Shown one piece after another: positions 11,791 through 25,430 of a DNA stretch of 64,000 nucleotides. Under the pieces are notes generated by a model. That model was not told the origin of the DNA, did no database searches, and worked only from the letters and a program-made list of their open reading frames with translations. The first letter of the stretch is position 1. Each line of letters begins with the position of its first letter. Made by a program: the position numbers and the translations under genes. Source of the stretch: Amphiscolops sp. MND2022 (lineage: Eukaryota); NCBI GenBank assembly GCA_964187785.1, contig OZ076410.1, forward strand, positions 23,746,001 through 23,810,000, in the 5' to 3' direction.

Positions 11791-14099
11791 TTTGGATTTC
11801 TTTGACCTCTCTGTTACTTTTGAGTCTTTGGAAGCGATGCGTTTTCTAGATGATTGAGGAAAATGACTCTTTTGATTTTTGGGTCATTATCAAATTTTGT
11901 TTGTACGTGGGAAACTGCAAAATTATTTCGGAAATATTGACACCTCTAGTGTAAACTCAAGGAACCTCATCCTGCGTTTTGAATATGCCACTGTTGCAAC
12001 GTTCAGGTCAAGAGAAGTTCTATTCCACATGAACTTCCGTGGTTTATTGTACGAGTTTCGTAATATATCCAAAAACGTGCTTTTTTGTCGTTTGTTGCAT
12101 TTTGGGGTGTTTTTGAGGCAAATTCTAAAGCCATTGCAGTTATAATTTCAACCAGATTGGCATGTACAGTAAAGCAGTCGGTGTATGTCTTTTCCTTCTG
12201 ACTCGCTCGAATCCCAGTCATGAGATTTTGATGCCATTGCACATTTAGGACTCTAATATGTTGTAAAATCACTGAAGAAAATTTTGTTTGAATCGTATGG
12301 AAAGTACTTGAGAAAATAGAAAAAAGTTGAGAAATGGCTGTTCTTGGCCATTTCTGGGCTAGTTTTGGCTTTGGCTTTGTTTCTCACATCCCAAAAAAAA
12401 ACAATTTTGATGCCAATAAGCACGCATGGTGCAAAATAGAAAAAGTGCATAATTTTATGAAAATCTTCATAGACAGTTAATGAGACGTTTGAACTTTCCA
12501 ATTAAAGGTCGATAGAAACAAATACCAAAAAAAAACGATACAATTGCATAAGTATTCGAATTTTTTTGGACTCGTTACATTGCCTACTGGATACCTGCAT
12601 TAGTCAGTACTGAGTTTCTAAAACCATTTTATGCAAAGATGTAGCTCAAAACTTATACAAAAATTGCATAGATAAGTTTTAATAAAATGTAAAAGTTCTC
12701 AGTTTTTACATTATTTGGGTCATTCTGAGGAAACTTTTTTCCATAACATATGCTGATTTCTCTTCTAAAAACGTGCTGGGAAGCTAATTTTATCATCTGG
12801 AGCTTTCCTCAGGTTTCATCCCACCAAAAGTTTCTAATCTCAAATTTAAAAACACTGAAAATGTCAGAACTACCCACAAATTTGACATTTTCATCTTTTT
12901 GCGCTCATTTTTGAACCATTTTCCTACCGGAGACTGCAAAGATGTTAAAATTTTTTGATTTTTCGACTCATTTGGAGTCATTCTGAAGTGTTTTTGAAGC
13001 AAAACGCTGCAACGTTCTCTTCAAAAAATGTACTGCGTAGCTCGTTCTTTCGTTTTAGATTGTGCTAGAAGTTATATCGAAATCTCTCGGAAATTTTACA
13101 GAAATTTCACCAAAAACGACAAAAACTTCACGTTTTTATGGGTCAATTTGAGGCATTTTGTATTACAAATCGTATTTTTTTTCTCTACGAAAGATCACTT
13201 AAACAACGAGTTCTTCCATTGTTAAGGGGTTTAAACATTCCAATCAACGAAATCTGTCGAAAAATAGATAAAATAACATAAAAACTGAAATTTTGAAAGT
13301 ATTGATTTTTGGTCATTTCCAATGTCAATTTGAGATATTTTCCATTTTGGAAACAGCAATTATCTCTGCGGAAAAGCCTACTAGACATCAAAGTATTGCC
13401 TCGTTGAGCGTTTTTAACATTCTAATCCACCAAGTTTATCAAAAATTCGACAAAAATTGCAGAAAAACTTTTTTAAAAACGAGAAACTTTCGAATTTTTG
13501 TTTATTTCGGGACATTTTTGGTCATTATGGGGTCATTTTCATCATTCCCAAAAGATCCAAAAATCTTTACAAATACATATCGCACGAAGCTAAATTTATT
13601 TGAGTTGAAATATATGAGTAACGCCTTTAAATTTCAATAGAAATTTGATGCTTGGCAAATTTTGTTGAAAAACCGTTTGATTTAAGTATTTTCTTTTCCC
13701 ATACGGAATATGTCCGGAAAATAAAAATAACTCTCACTTATGCGTCACGTACACCCATCTCGCCGCACATTTCACTTAAATCAATTATGACATACATATT
13801 CACAATGCGAATTAATCTTTTTTTTTCACTGAATGTTTCTTATGCATCCCATAAAGTGTGTTAATTTCCACCTTACACTTTAAGTTAATTGTGATCGAGC
13901 TCTGAAATCAGTTGGCTATCACACGTTTTAACAAAACCTTTGAAAGTTTATATGATCACAGTCTAAAACTTTGCTTAAGCTATAATGAGTTATCCAAATA
14001 ATTGAATAATTAATATTTAGTATTTTCGAGGAAATTATATGCTTGTCAGAAAATGGCCTTAATGGCTACCAGGTAACTGGAAACGCTAAATGCTTCTGA

Positions 14100-16127
14100 T
14101 AATAGAAATATCTAGAGTTTGTCCGATGAAGCTTTCAAAAACACGGAGAACTTGAAGTATGTAAATCTGTCAAGATGTTGTGAGTAAATTTCGGATAAAG
14201 GGTTATTTGACGGCTGGCAAGAGTTATCCACTCTGGGTTTGTCGGGAAAATCAGGAAGACTCCTCGTCTTCAACGACTTCCTAAACTGGAGCAATTATTT
14301 CTGTCGGATTTTAAAATCACAGAAATTGATCTCAGAAACATGCCAAGTTTGAACGAAGTGGATCTGTTGGGTTCCCCGGTTGAAAAAGTACACCTGGAGA
14401 ATGTGTCAGCATCAATTATCAAGTCTTTCTTCTCGTCAATTGCAGATTCACTTAACATTTCCAATTCCCTCGTGGGTCCAAAAGCGTCCAAAATTCACCT
14501 CACTTCGAAAGTATTAACTTTTTTAATTTAGTCATGGAGTTTATAGGCTTGGAAAAGTTTGATTCATTGGCAAATTTCCATTTGTCAAAACAAAGTGAAA
14601 AGAATGGTTTTGAAAGACTGGTCTGAAGTTTTCATGATGGATTTATCTCATTCTTCCATTGATGTTTTGGTGATCAGATGTAGTTATACCAAACTTAACA
14701 AAACTTGAACAACTCAATCTGTCCGGAGCAAAATGAAACAAATTACACTCGAAAATCTTGGCGCGCTGACGATGCTCGACCTTTCATAGAGCACCGAACA
14801 ATTGAGTTTGTTTCACCCATCACTGGTAAAAACGCAACTTAGCGACATGACCAGTTTGAAGACCGTCAATATCTCTTCGACAACTGTGAAAACGCTTAAT
14901 TTGACTGCGATCAGCGACTTGAAGAATTTAAGCTGGATTGACTTGTCGAATTCCACAGTTGAAATTTTAGAGATTCGTAATTTGAGCAATCTTCAGAACG
15001 TTTTTCTGCAAAGTACAACCTTCAAGAAGGTGCTTATTAACCATCTTGAATCTGTAGCAGCGCCAGATGAAAACCTTCCAAATCTTAGAAACATCCCACT
15101 TAACGGCCCTTTGGTTGAAAACTTAGTATTCAGAAACCTAGGTTCCATGTATACATGGGATCTCTCTGATCTTGCTCTGAAGAATTTAAATTTAACAGCT
15201 GGTCAGGTGGGAGCCTATTCGATTGACGCTACCCTAGTTGAAACTGCAGGAACTCTTTACATGCTGCAGGCCTGCATGCAAGGTAGTTGTTTATAAAACC
15301 TAGAAACTTCAGTGAACTTCGGGTGGTAAATCATGTACAATTACACCACATTTTCCACTACTGCAAATAAATTTGAAAATAAATTCTACATCATTACCGA
15401 CACGATCACCTTGTATTTACACTTTGTTTTCTCAAATACTCATCTGATGTGATCACCGTTTCTCAAAGTGCATGCTAAACATGACGCTAATTTGCAGTTT
15501 ACTACGCGCATGAAGACAGTTTGCATTAAAGTAGCGGTACAACAGACAGAAATTTTTTTGCTTTTAAAATGATTGCTGCTGCTTACTGAAACTGCAAATT
15601 TTCAAAGCTTAAAATTACCACCAAAACTTTGATGAATCTTTGTGATGCAGCTTGATAAAAGTTAAATGCAAAAGGGAAATCTTTTCGCATGAAAGTTTCC
15701 GTAAGAGTTTTAGGAAATCATTAAAAAAGTTGCTGTCAACGTTAAAGTACGTGCGAAAGAATCAAGCAGTTTCAACTAGGGTATCTGGACAAGAACTGAG
15801 TACTTTGTTCGAGCTGAGAGATCTAAACATCGTATAAAGATCACATCGTATAAAGATCAGGTTGTTGTATGTCCATTCCTGAAAATGTCAACTTCTTCCG
15901 GAATCTTTTGAATCTATTTTCACTTGATATTTCTTACAACTCCAGGAACAACCCGGAAGAAAGTGCTTTTTTACATTGGAAAGTTTGGTTCACCTCAATA
16001 TGAGTAACACTAGCTCCCGATTCCAGTGGTCCAAGTTTTTCATCAGGCTCGCTAATCTGCAAACGCTGAATGTGAACAACATGGATCCGGCTACAATTTT
16101 CCAACTGGGCGGTCCAAGTTATTCATC
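14100..16127 (+). pseudogene. Leucine-rich-repeat gene remnant with frameshifts and a MITE insertion
   Basis: LxxLxL repeats in ORFs 14340-14531, 14802-15296 (LKNLSWIDLSNSTVEILEIRNLSNLQNV) and 15976-16164 (SLVHLNMSN...LANLQTLNVNN). Confidence 0.75.
15232..15781. mobile_element. 550-bp MITE with TIR CCCTAGTTGAAACTGC and 2-bp TSD TA
   Basis: ta|CCCTAGTTGAAACTGC ... GCAGTTTCAACTAGGG|ta. A diverged inverted copy lies at 36566-37098. Confidence 0.85.
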
Positions 16128-16691
16128 GATGAATAACTTGGACCGCCCAGTTGGAAAATTGTAGCCGGATCCATGTTGTTCACATTCAGCGTTTGCAGAT
16201 TAGCGAGCCTGATGAAAAACTTGGACCACTGGAATCGGGAGCTAGTGTTACTCATATTGAGGTGAACCAAACTTTCCAATGTAAAAAAGCACTTTCTTCC
16301 GGGTTGTTCCTGGAGTTGTAAGAAATATCAAGTGAAAATAGATTCAAAAGATTCCGGAAGAAGTTGACATTTCCAGGAATGGACATACAACAACCTGATC
16401 TTTATACGATGTTTAGATCTCTCAGCTCGAACAAAGTACTCAGTTCTTGTCCAGATACCCTAGTTGAAACTGCTTGATTCTTTCGCACGTACTTTAACGT
16501 TGACAGCAACTTTTTTCATGATTTCCTAAAACTCTTACGGAAACTTTCATGCGAAAAGTTTTCCCTTTTGCATTTAACTTTTATCAAGCTGCATCACAAA
16601 GATTCATCAAAGTTTTGGTGGTAATTTTAAGCTTTGAAAATTTGCAGTTTCAGTAAGCAGCAGCTATCATTTTAAAAGCAAATAAATTTCT
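15548..16691. repeat. ~1.15-kb zero-spacer palindrome centred at 16127/16128
   Basis: Identical ORFs 15976-16164(+) and 16091-16279(-); centre TTATTCATCGATGAATAA. The first mismatch seen is about 244 bp from the centre. A 16-bp duplication occurs only in the left arm. Confidence 0.97.
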
Positions 16692-16699
16692 ATCAGTTA

Positions 16700-17059
16700 G
16701 CGGAAACGATTTTTCTGCTTTCGACAAAGCTGTAAATCCGTTTGGATTGAAATCGCCGGAAAACTTAAATGAATTTGACATGACTGATGCTGAAATTATC
16801 GGAGCAGAAGTGAGTAATTAATAATCACGTTTCTTAACTTTTAAGTCTCTTACTCATGAATTGAATTAATTATACGAAAAGGTTCGTTACTATTCGCATC
16901 CAAACGCTTCAAAAATATAGCTGATTATCAAAAAGCAAGGATTCTACGGAACGTTGAAAACCATGGCATTGCTTCTCAAAACTTTCATAACAACTATTGA
17001 TCGACCCAGATTTCTCGAAACGGTAAATAACTTCATAGAAACATTCAAAGCGTTGTAAT
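16700..17059 (+). pseudogene. Two-exon 3' remnant of an unidentified gene
   Basis: Reads ...AFDKAVNPFGLKSPENLNEFDMTDAEIIGAE|GTGAGT, then intron, then ...TMALLLKTFITTIDRPRFLETVNNFIETFKAL*; one internal stop. Confidence 0.3.
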
Positions 17060-17810
17060 AATGTTTGTGTTTTTCTTCATAAAGGTCAATTAATCAATAA
17101 TTGTCGTGTTGTTTCCACCGTTCCACATCTATGTTTCAGCAGACAAAAGACCTCCAATGTTTGAAATGAAACCATTCTGGAAGTCAATGCTGAGCTTGAA
17201 TATTCGGACATGGGCTCGTTACACCTTTCGGCACCCCAAACACTCCAAACACGCAACCAATCAAATATGTTCTCGAGACATTCTAGTCTACGACAACTTA
17301 TTATGTCTGGGGGCTGTTATTGTCGGCTACTTTGAATTGGCAGGTTCAGACGGACAGTTTTGCCGGTTGGATGTTGATTAAATTTTGATCTAAACCAATC
17401 ATCTCTCGTTTTCCACTTCGCGACCCGTACAAAAAAATTGGTTTCATTTTTCGTAGAAGGTTTCTTCAATTGATAATCTGCTAATAGATTATTCTAGGTA
17501 TCGAAGAAACCACTTGTTCGAACTAGATGGCATAGGCTGATTGAAAAACCAGTTTTCAGGCCACTTGTTCAGATGTACGCTTTTTCAAATAAGGGAAACA
17601 CTTGCTGAAAACAAACTTCCGAAATTGGTAAATAACGTAGTAGTTAATTCACATTTTCTTTGATGTTTCATTGAATTTAGTAGTAAAGTTTGCATTGAAT
17701 CAAAAATTTCCACGGTCATTGTAAATGTTCAACCGCACTTTGCTTCATATGCAATTGAAAGATCTGCAAGTTTACTTTCAATATACTCATTCTTTCCGTT
17801 TTTTTTAATA

Positions 17811-18645
17811 TTGAAAAACACAATCCATCTCAAATGCGGAAAATCAGGATCCGAGAAATATCAGTTCGCCAATCTTGAACTATTGGATTTGTCGAATACG
17901 AGTATCACGGTACTAGATTTACAGATCTTATCGGAATTGAACACTCTGGATGTTTCGGGATCGTCAATCGAAACAATGCACGTGGAAGGCGCCAAATCTA
18001 TGAACACCGTGAACTTGATTATTGTCAAAGGTGAAGAGTTGAAACTTGAGGGTTGGCCAGGTCTCCAGGAAATCAATTTATCCTTTTCAAGTTGGGATAA
18101 AATTGAACTCAAAAACTGTACTGACTTGAAACGTCTACACTTGTCGAACGTAACGTTGACTCCAAGTCAGTCAGTCAATGTTTACGTTCGACAAGTCTAA
18201 ACGTTTCAAGTCAGTACAGTTTTGTCAGAATTGCAAGGCAGTGAACGCTTGGAGTGGATTGATCTCTCTAACTCGACAATCGAGACCCTGATTGTTCGAA
18301 AAATTCCTTTTATTCAAAACATCACTTTTCGGTTCTCATATTGGAATGTTGAGTTTGGAAGATCTCGATTCAATGAAAACTGTCGACTTATCATTTGTAG
18401 AAGGTGATGAAGTTCGTCTGATTGGTTGGAGTGGCCTTGAAACCCTGAACTTGTCACACTGTTCGATGGTTGATACTCCAGATTTGGAAGTCCTTGATCT
18501 CTGGCATACCAGCCAAAGACTTCTGGAGCAATTCAACCGCACTCAACTGCATAATCTGGCCAGTTTGACACTTTCGTCGTGCGGTTTCTTGGTTGTCGAA
18601 AGAGCAATAACTGTTTCACAAAACTGTGAGTTTTTGGACTTCTAG
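17811..18645 (+). pseudogene. Second LRR coding remnant, broken by a fold-back hairpin and frameshifts
   Basis: ANLELLDLSNTSITVLDLQILSELNTLDVSGSSIE; LEWIDLSNSTIE; SGLETLNLSHCS; HNLASLTLSSCG. Confidence 0.8.
18112..18223. repeat. Imperfect inverted repeat, ~50-bp arms with an 11-nt loop
   Basis: AAAACTGTACTGACTTGAAACGTCTACACTTGTCGAACG... mirrored at 18173-18223. Confidence 0.9.
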
Positions 18646-18709
18646 CACAACTATAGAGAGAGTTTTGTATCTGCAGATAGTTGTGCGAGAGGTCCAAAAC
18701 TCCCAGTTT
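18621..18709. repeat. Imperfect inverted repeat, ~33-bp arms
   Basis: AAACTGTGAGTTTTTGGACTTCTAGCACAACTAT versus ATAGTTGTGCGAGAGGTCCAAAACTCCCAGTTT; the minus strand reads KLGVLDLSHNYL (LRR). Confidence 0.8.
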
Positions 18710-20358
18710 GGCTGGCACCGGAAGACAGAAGAAAGCAAATAGATCAACTGGCATCTCTCGATGTTCCTCATAACTTTCTGAAGATCATTTCATACGGCAC
18801 AGACTTCCCCATGATCTACTTTGGGAACTCCGACTGAAATCTGGGAATGGGAAAAAATTTGCAGAATTGTTCGGTCTGCCCGACTTCCTGGTTGACTCAT
18901 GGGTCCAACCTTGAGCACGTGGAAGACGCGACTTGTCATAACCCTTTCGATTTACATGGAAAAGCAGTTGCGGATGTTGAAATTTGCGAAAATGAATAGT
19001 TTGAGCAATCCTTTTGTTCTAACATCACATCTATAAACTCTGAATAAATAAACTTCCTTCCTTCCATCTATTTATTTGTTGCTACCAATCTCGATCTGGA
19101 CTTGGGAGGTAGCCAAGGATGAGCTCCATGGAAACACATAGTGTTCGAAGACATGGTAGTCTTGCTAAGATTGTAATCAGCCTTATCTTAACCCAATCAT
19201 GTCAAAACTTCAAAAGCTCCTTTATGGTCGCTAAAAATGTTCGGGAATCTTTCAATATGCATTAGCAATCGAAATCACAAAAAAGTTTCTGATAAAAATT
19301 GTTGATATCTTTGGTTATGAGATTGAAAATATTAAATCAATAACAATACCTTGAGATAAAACATTAGATAGGAAAGTCTTGTCAAAGTTTCGAGGACACC
19401 TCTAACTGTTGATAATCATTGTTTTAGACGAATACATAGACATCTTCTGATTTGCTTTGGAATCAATTCAAGAAGTGAAATACCGGTAGACGAAAGCCAG
19501 TTGAAATATTATATTTGAAACTAAATCCTTTCTTTGAATTCTACACCGTCACACACTCCGACACCAAAACTAGAAAGATAAACGCTAGTTGCAAGATCTT
19601 GTTGAGATCTTGGTGAATGTATATAGGATTGTTTCAGGGATCTTGTCATTGGTTTCGTGCCTTCGAACACTGGGTAATTTCAGTCCTTCTCAATTTAGCC
19701 ATAGTCAAAACGCCTATATTCTATTACACAGCTTGTATACGTTGCACAATCTTGTAATATGTTCATCATATATTGGGATACATATATTATAACCACCGAT
19801 ATTATAACCTTACTATAACTCTCAAATTTTGACATATGTAAGACATTGGAGTATATAGCCTGTAATACTTGAAATACAATTTATTTTAAAATTCTAAAAA
19901 GTGTTTTGACCTTGGAAATAAGAGTTGCATTCGAGGATATTTTTTGTCCGAAGTTTCAACGACAAATTATTTAAACTTCTTTTGCTTTCAAACTGTGAGG
20001 TGTTTCAGCTGTCAAGTTTTGCAATATTTCAGCGCTAAAAGTCTGAATTAAGTTACGAACCTGGGAACTCCCAAAACTGCTGTCGTTACTTCGACTGCGT
20101 TTCCTTTTTCTCTTTTCTGAGCATCACTGGCAAAACGTTAGATGATAATTGAAGGTGTATGAGATAAAAACAGCTTACAGAAATGTTTTGATCAGTTGTT
20201 TTGATTTTTTTTCAGAATTTTTAACGAAAACTTATGTTTTGGAAGGGTGAATACTTGAGTTTTTAGGAGACAACGATTAAAATAAAACGTGACTCTTCAG
20301 AAGAGATTCGCTTCTTTTCATAAATTGTCCAATGAAATTTTTTCCATAGAGTTATAAC

Positions 20359-20443
20359 TTTCCCGGTTATCATGATGCCCCGATTGTAAAAACGAGAAGG
20401 ACAGTATCATTTTTACAATCGGGGCATCATGATAACCGGGAAA
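20359..20443. repeat. Perfect 34-bp-arm hairpin with a 17-nt loop
   Basis: TTTCCCGGTTATCATGATGCCCCGATTGTAAAAA ... TTTTTACAATCGGGGCATCATGATAACCGGGAAA. Confidence 0.95.
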
Positions 20444-21354
20444 ATTGTTTGAAACTTCAAGTATCTCCAGTAATCCCCAAGAACAATGAAAAATCTCGAC
20501 TTTCTTGAATATCGTCTTTTTTTCTTTTTTTTTGTCGAGACTGTATCACCCCCAAATCTTACGATGAAGCTGAAATGTTGTTATGCATTTTTGGTTTTCA
20601 GATTTTCAAAATCCATCCATTTCCTTAAGGCAATTTTAGTAGTCTTAAAACAAGTATTGTAGTGTCTTTCGTTTGTTGATTATTCTGTTCCTGTGACTCG
20701 TTAGCTTCGTCGAAATTGACAGTTGGTTTTAGCTAATGCCGTTTTGTTATTTTGTGGCCTGAGGTCTAAATTCCGAGAAAGGTTTTGACATTTCGCAACC
20801 CAAGTTTGATATTGACTTTGAAAAACATCGACATATCGAGGCAGATAAAGAAAAAACACGAAACAGTCGGAGGCAAAGTGAGACTCCTGCTTTTGGAAAT
20901 TATACTCAGAGTAAGCACATTTTCCATTTTTGATTTGACTTGATTTGATTTGACTGAGCATGGATTGAGTTTGAAGACAAAATATAAATCACAAAATTAG
21001 GCAAGTCAAAACGTTTTCACCAACAAACAGACCCCTATGCTTTCTTTGTTCTTGTATGAAATTCGACGAAATTCAAGTTCCTGCAAAATATAGGTTCTTG
21101 CAGGCCCACCTCACAACGCAATCCTATCATCATCTCCTTAATTTTTTTAATTGAGTAGCAGTAAAATTTCTTCGACATTGAATTAAGTGGAAACGGAAAC
21201 GTGACTCTAGTGAAATTTGGGAATTCAAGGTTTAATAGAAAATCCGCAGCAATCAACTTGACGGCTAGTAATGTTTTGTGTCTGAGGAAAATTAGTTCAG
21301 CGATGATTTAATTTTGTTATCCATGAATATGTTTCCAAACTTGTGAATAAGTTA

Positions 21355-22518
21355 CACTATGTGGACAAAATGTTTTTAACGATGAGACTTTTTACAATAT
21401 AGACCATAAAATTAAATATAATAACTCAACAGTATTTATAATTTTTTATAATGAGTTGGGTGTCCCTTCTTCTGGCTGCACTCGCGCATTCTTTTGAGCA
21501 TGGACCATGGACTGATACAATTTTTGGATATATTCAACTGCAGATAGTTTTCTCTAATTGCTCAACTGGCATTTGCATGGTTTGTAGCTGTTTCTTTCAC
21601 GTACGACCAAACATTTTCTATTGGGTTGAGGTCCGGACTGTGGGAGTCCAGTAGACCTGACCAATTTCATTTTCTGTTTTCCATTCTTTGACAATTTTTG
21701 ACCGATCTATTGGGCATTTGTCATCTAAGAAACTCTAGTTATCGGAAGGCAATTTTTGAATGCCCACTGTCTCTAAAATTGATATATACTCCCGGGCCTG
21801 CGATCTGAAGTTTTTATCAGGAGCCAGACACCATTGTAACTAATTGTTCCCCAAAGTTGAACTGAACGGCGATTGTTCGACCTCAACACTGTGCACTGAT
21901 TGTTGCACTTTTTACCAGCCAATTTGCTGGCCCATACTCCCCCCATCTCTCCGTAACTGAAAGCGACACTCGTCAGAAAAGACATACCTTGACCAATTTT
22001 CGGTATGCAGGGGCTTATTTTCATTAAACCATCTCAGGCGATCCAAGCGTATCTTAGCTTTCAAAAAAATCTTTTTGGCTGCTGCTCTTCCTACCATATT
22101 TTGCTGTTTTAAATTTCGTCGAATGGTTCTTTCACACACCGTATAATTGACACTAAATCTGTTGTCCTCATATCGTAATTGCTGGCTGGACGAAAAACAG
22201 ATTTTTCTTTGTGTTTCTCATTAATAACACTGCTGTTTTTTCGTTCACTATTTGTGGACGCCCAGTTGACTTTTTCGGCATAACTAATCCTTCAAGCAGA
22301 AAATGCTGATTTACTTGATAAGCTGTCGCCTCGATTTTCAATCCAATTTGTCTGACAATATCCGAAATTATAACTTATCTTTCCCGAAAAGAAACGATTT
22401 GATAACGTTTTTCTAACGAAATTTGTTTTTCCATGTTTTAACATATACAACTAAGCTGAGTGAAAACGGAATTGAAATTATGTGAACAGAAAGTTGAAAA
22501 CATTTTGTCCAAATAGTG
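21355..22518 (-). mobile_element. Decayed Tc1-family DNA transposon, 1164 bp
   Basis: TA TSDs; TIRs CACTAT(G/T)TGGACAAAATGTTTT. Transposase remnants from ATG at 22434: STGRP, WSRYVFSDECRF, FQDD-like, SPDLNPIENVW; multiple stops and frameshifts. Confidence 0.93.
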
Positions 22519-23854
22519 TATGCTGCTGTTAAGACCCTATGCTTCACAAAAACAGAGCACCAAACAGTTTAACTCCAAAAACACACTAATTGTAGAGGCA
22601 TGTTTTAATGAAGTATTTTTCTAAATACTACTGGATAGTGTGAGCTTGTAGTTCTCAAGCTTTGATCGCTTTGACCTCAAGCAGCAACCTTCTTTCTTTA
22701 TCCTCCTTTCCTATTGTTACAATTCATTGTGATTGAAAAATACTTCTAACAGATCTCAGTTTTTGCTAATTCGAAATCTGAAAAACTTTCCCAAGCGCAA
22801 CTGAAGATCACTTCTTTTTGTTCGAAAGAATGAAAACAAACCAAGTGGACATCAAAAAGTCGATAACAAAGCAAAAAATAAGCATTGTCACGTCGAGAGG
22901 TATCATCACATCATTCTCTGGACCATCAAGCATTATCGAGAAGGCTGTCGTTTTCTTTATTGTGATGTTTTCGGCAATGATTTTCTAGGGACTGTGAACT
23001 TCTTCAACCTAGGTCTTGAAGCAATCGTTTTCCAGCAGGCTATTGATCCAAAATATACATCCAGATTGGCTAAATAATAATTTCTGAAAATAAGGTCTCG
23101 CTCATGGTCTGTCTTACGCAATCTAATGATCTTCCACAAATTGGAATCCTATGAAAAATGTTTTACAGTTGTATGCCCAGCCCGCGAACACCTTTTATTG
23201 GCTCTGGGTAAGGGTGCACGATGAGAGCGTACAAATACCGGTATCGACCTGCCAAAGTTTATATCGAGTATGCCCACTCGACTTCCAGCTGTTCTGAAGG
23301 CAAAAAGTGTCTACACGAAGTAGTAATGTGTTTCCGTTTCAAGAAACGTTATACCTGTTACTCTATCGACATTCAACCTTTTTTGGGAAAAGTCATATAA
23401 TTGTAACAAGAAAAGCTATCGTTCAATTGCCTCTGATTCTATTTAACATTTTTATGAATGGTAAATTTGTGTGAATAGCTCTCAAATTGTACAACTCCTA
23501 CCCTCTTTACGTGACCTGATCTAAGTGTTGCTAATGTTTTGGATATAGGTCAGAAAACAGTTTTATTAATCTATTGTTACACTTTCGTGAGGCACTGTGT
23601 ACTTTCTCTGACCGAATCAGCGAATTTCAAATTACTCAAAACTTTATGTTTTTATGTATCCAGAAAATTTGTTTAATAATTCTAAATTCCCGTTGGAATC
23701 CCTCCACAGGAGTAGAAATTGTCTAGACATTACCAATTGCATCAAAAGTAAAATAAGTGACAGCTCTCTGTGGTGTACGCTGAGGTTGGTTCTGACAATC
23801 ACGTCATTCGATCACGTCCGGTATCAACAACAGATATCACGTCCGGTATCAAGA

Positions 23855-24486
23855 AGAAAAATTCATAACCCATGTAATTTGCCCAGTAAGAGATCATAGA
23901 GGAAACGGAAAAGTTGAACGAATGAGTAGAACAATTAACGAAAGACTAAGAACAAACAAAAACATCTTTGTGTCCAAAGACAAAAGCGGAATATCAAACA
24001 TCTTATTCGCACTAAGAGCAGAAAAAGGATGTGACGGAAAATCGGCATTCGAGAAGCAAAACGGACGGAAACCAAATACCCTAAAATCACGAATGAATGA
24101 AAATTGTTATTTAGAAAAAGACCCAAAGATCAACTTAGAACCCGAGGACTTCAGCGATGAGGCGGATTTTACCATCCTAATCCGCGAAAGGGTACGTGGA
24201 ACGAAGCTAGAAGAAGAAAAACTCGCAAACTGACCAATTTTAAAACAGTGTTAATCATTTTACGTTAACCAGTTGCTCGTTTATCTAGTTCTCATACTAG
24301 TGTTTATGATCATGGCGTATATAAAGTACATGATCCAATTGTGTTGTGAACCTGTATTTATCCTAGTAACATGAAAAAATTAAATAGCCAAATGTAAACT
24401 TTGTCTGAATCAGTATCTTGTAAACTCAAATACATGGAAATTTATGAGTGAAATTTTGTTCAATTTATTCCCCCTTTTCTCCCAAC
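23855..24486 (+). mobile_element. Gypsy integrase C-terminal fragment plus possible LTR remnant
   Basis: CPVRDHRGNGKVERMSRTINERLR...KSAFEKQNGRKPNT resembles the integrase glutamate region. The downstream segment ends ...CCCAACA. Confidence 0.65.
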
Positions 24487-25161
24487 AGAGAGGGAAGTGT
24501 GCTAGAGTGTGCTACATCATCTTCACTAAAGTAAATACAACTGTGAGAAAAATGATAATTACTAACAACCTGCCAAAATAAGCCAAAGTGGCGAATTCAG
24601 AAATATAGCCATACTCTCACGATATGTCATTCAATACAGTTTACATCCCGTTCAGTTTTACTTCAAGTTAGCTAGATTCGCTAAACGATTACATAGATGT
24701 TTTTGAAAACTCAATTTATCCAGGTATTGCAAAATCGTACGGCACAACTGTTAACTTGAGTAATTCCTTTTTTTTACAGCTATTCCCTTTCCAAGGAAGG
24801 TTTGTGCTTCATTCTACATCGATCACTGATGAATCAGTAATAAGTTATATAAATTGTTGATTGTGATGATGTTCTCAAATTTTTGATAGAAGTTAATTCT
24901 TTGGCCGAGCACTGTTAGCTTGAATTAAATACGTTAAGCTATGAAATACATGTGATCAAGAAAAGGAACAATAACGAAAACATTTGTTCCTTACGATGAC
25001 CATAGTTTGAAAAACAAATGGTCCTTGTTTTATTTGCATGTTTCTTTCTCAGGTATGCTGATTGTATATGTTCGATACATCAGCATAAATGACTTGTCAT
25101 GATCTATGTTTTTTGCATCGAGGTCAACCCGGTTAGGTGAAATTCAGTTTGGGGCCAGAGT

Positions 25162-25171
25162 TGAAGAGAGA

Positions 25172-25215
<44 letters not shown>

Positions 25216-25228
25216 AGAGACAGAGAGC
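25162..25228. repeat. (GA)n microsatellite
   Basis: Directly visible. Confidence 0.98.
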
Positions 25229-25430
25229 TGTAACTCGTGCACCGCTGGTTTTCTCTACCAATTATATCCAGTTGGGGACTTTATATAAAACAAACGAAGT
25301 ATCCAGATCGTGGAAAAACAGTTTAAATGAATCATTTCAAGAATAACCATGACTCCTTCAATTCTGATTTCACTCCGTGTCAGCTCCTGATTTGATAATT
25401 TACAGTTTTACTCGAAACGCTCCTTGGAAT

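Noticed and set aside
15976-16279. Two identical 62-aa ORFs as a gene pair
   Set aside because: Product of the palindrome; the second half of each is mirrored sequence.
22760-23460. Possible non-LTR retrotransposon fragment
   Set aside because: Only vague similarity; no RT or endonuclease motif could be read.
24490-24950. Possible minus-strand LRR-TM receptor remnant
   Set aside because: Only isolated LRR-like and hydrophobic phrases with many stops; not supportable.
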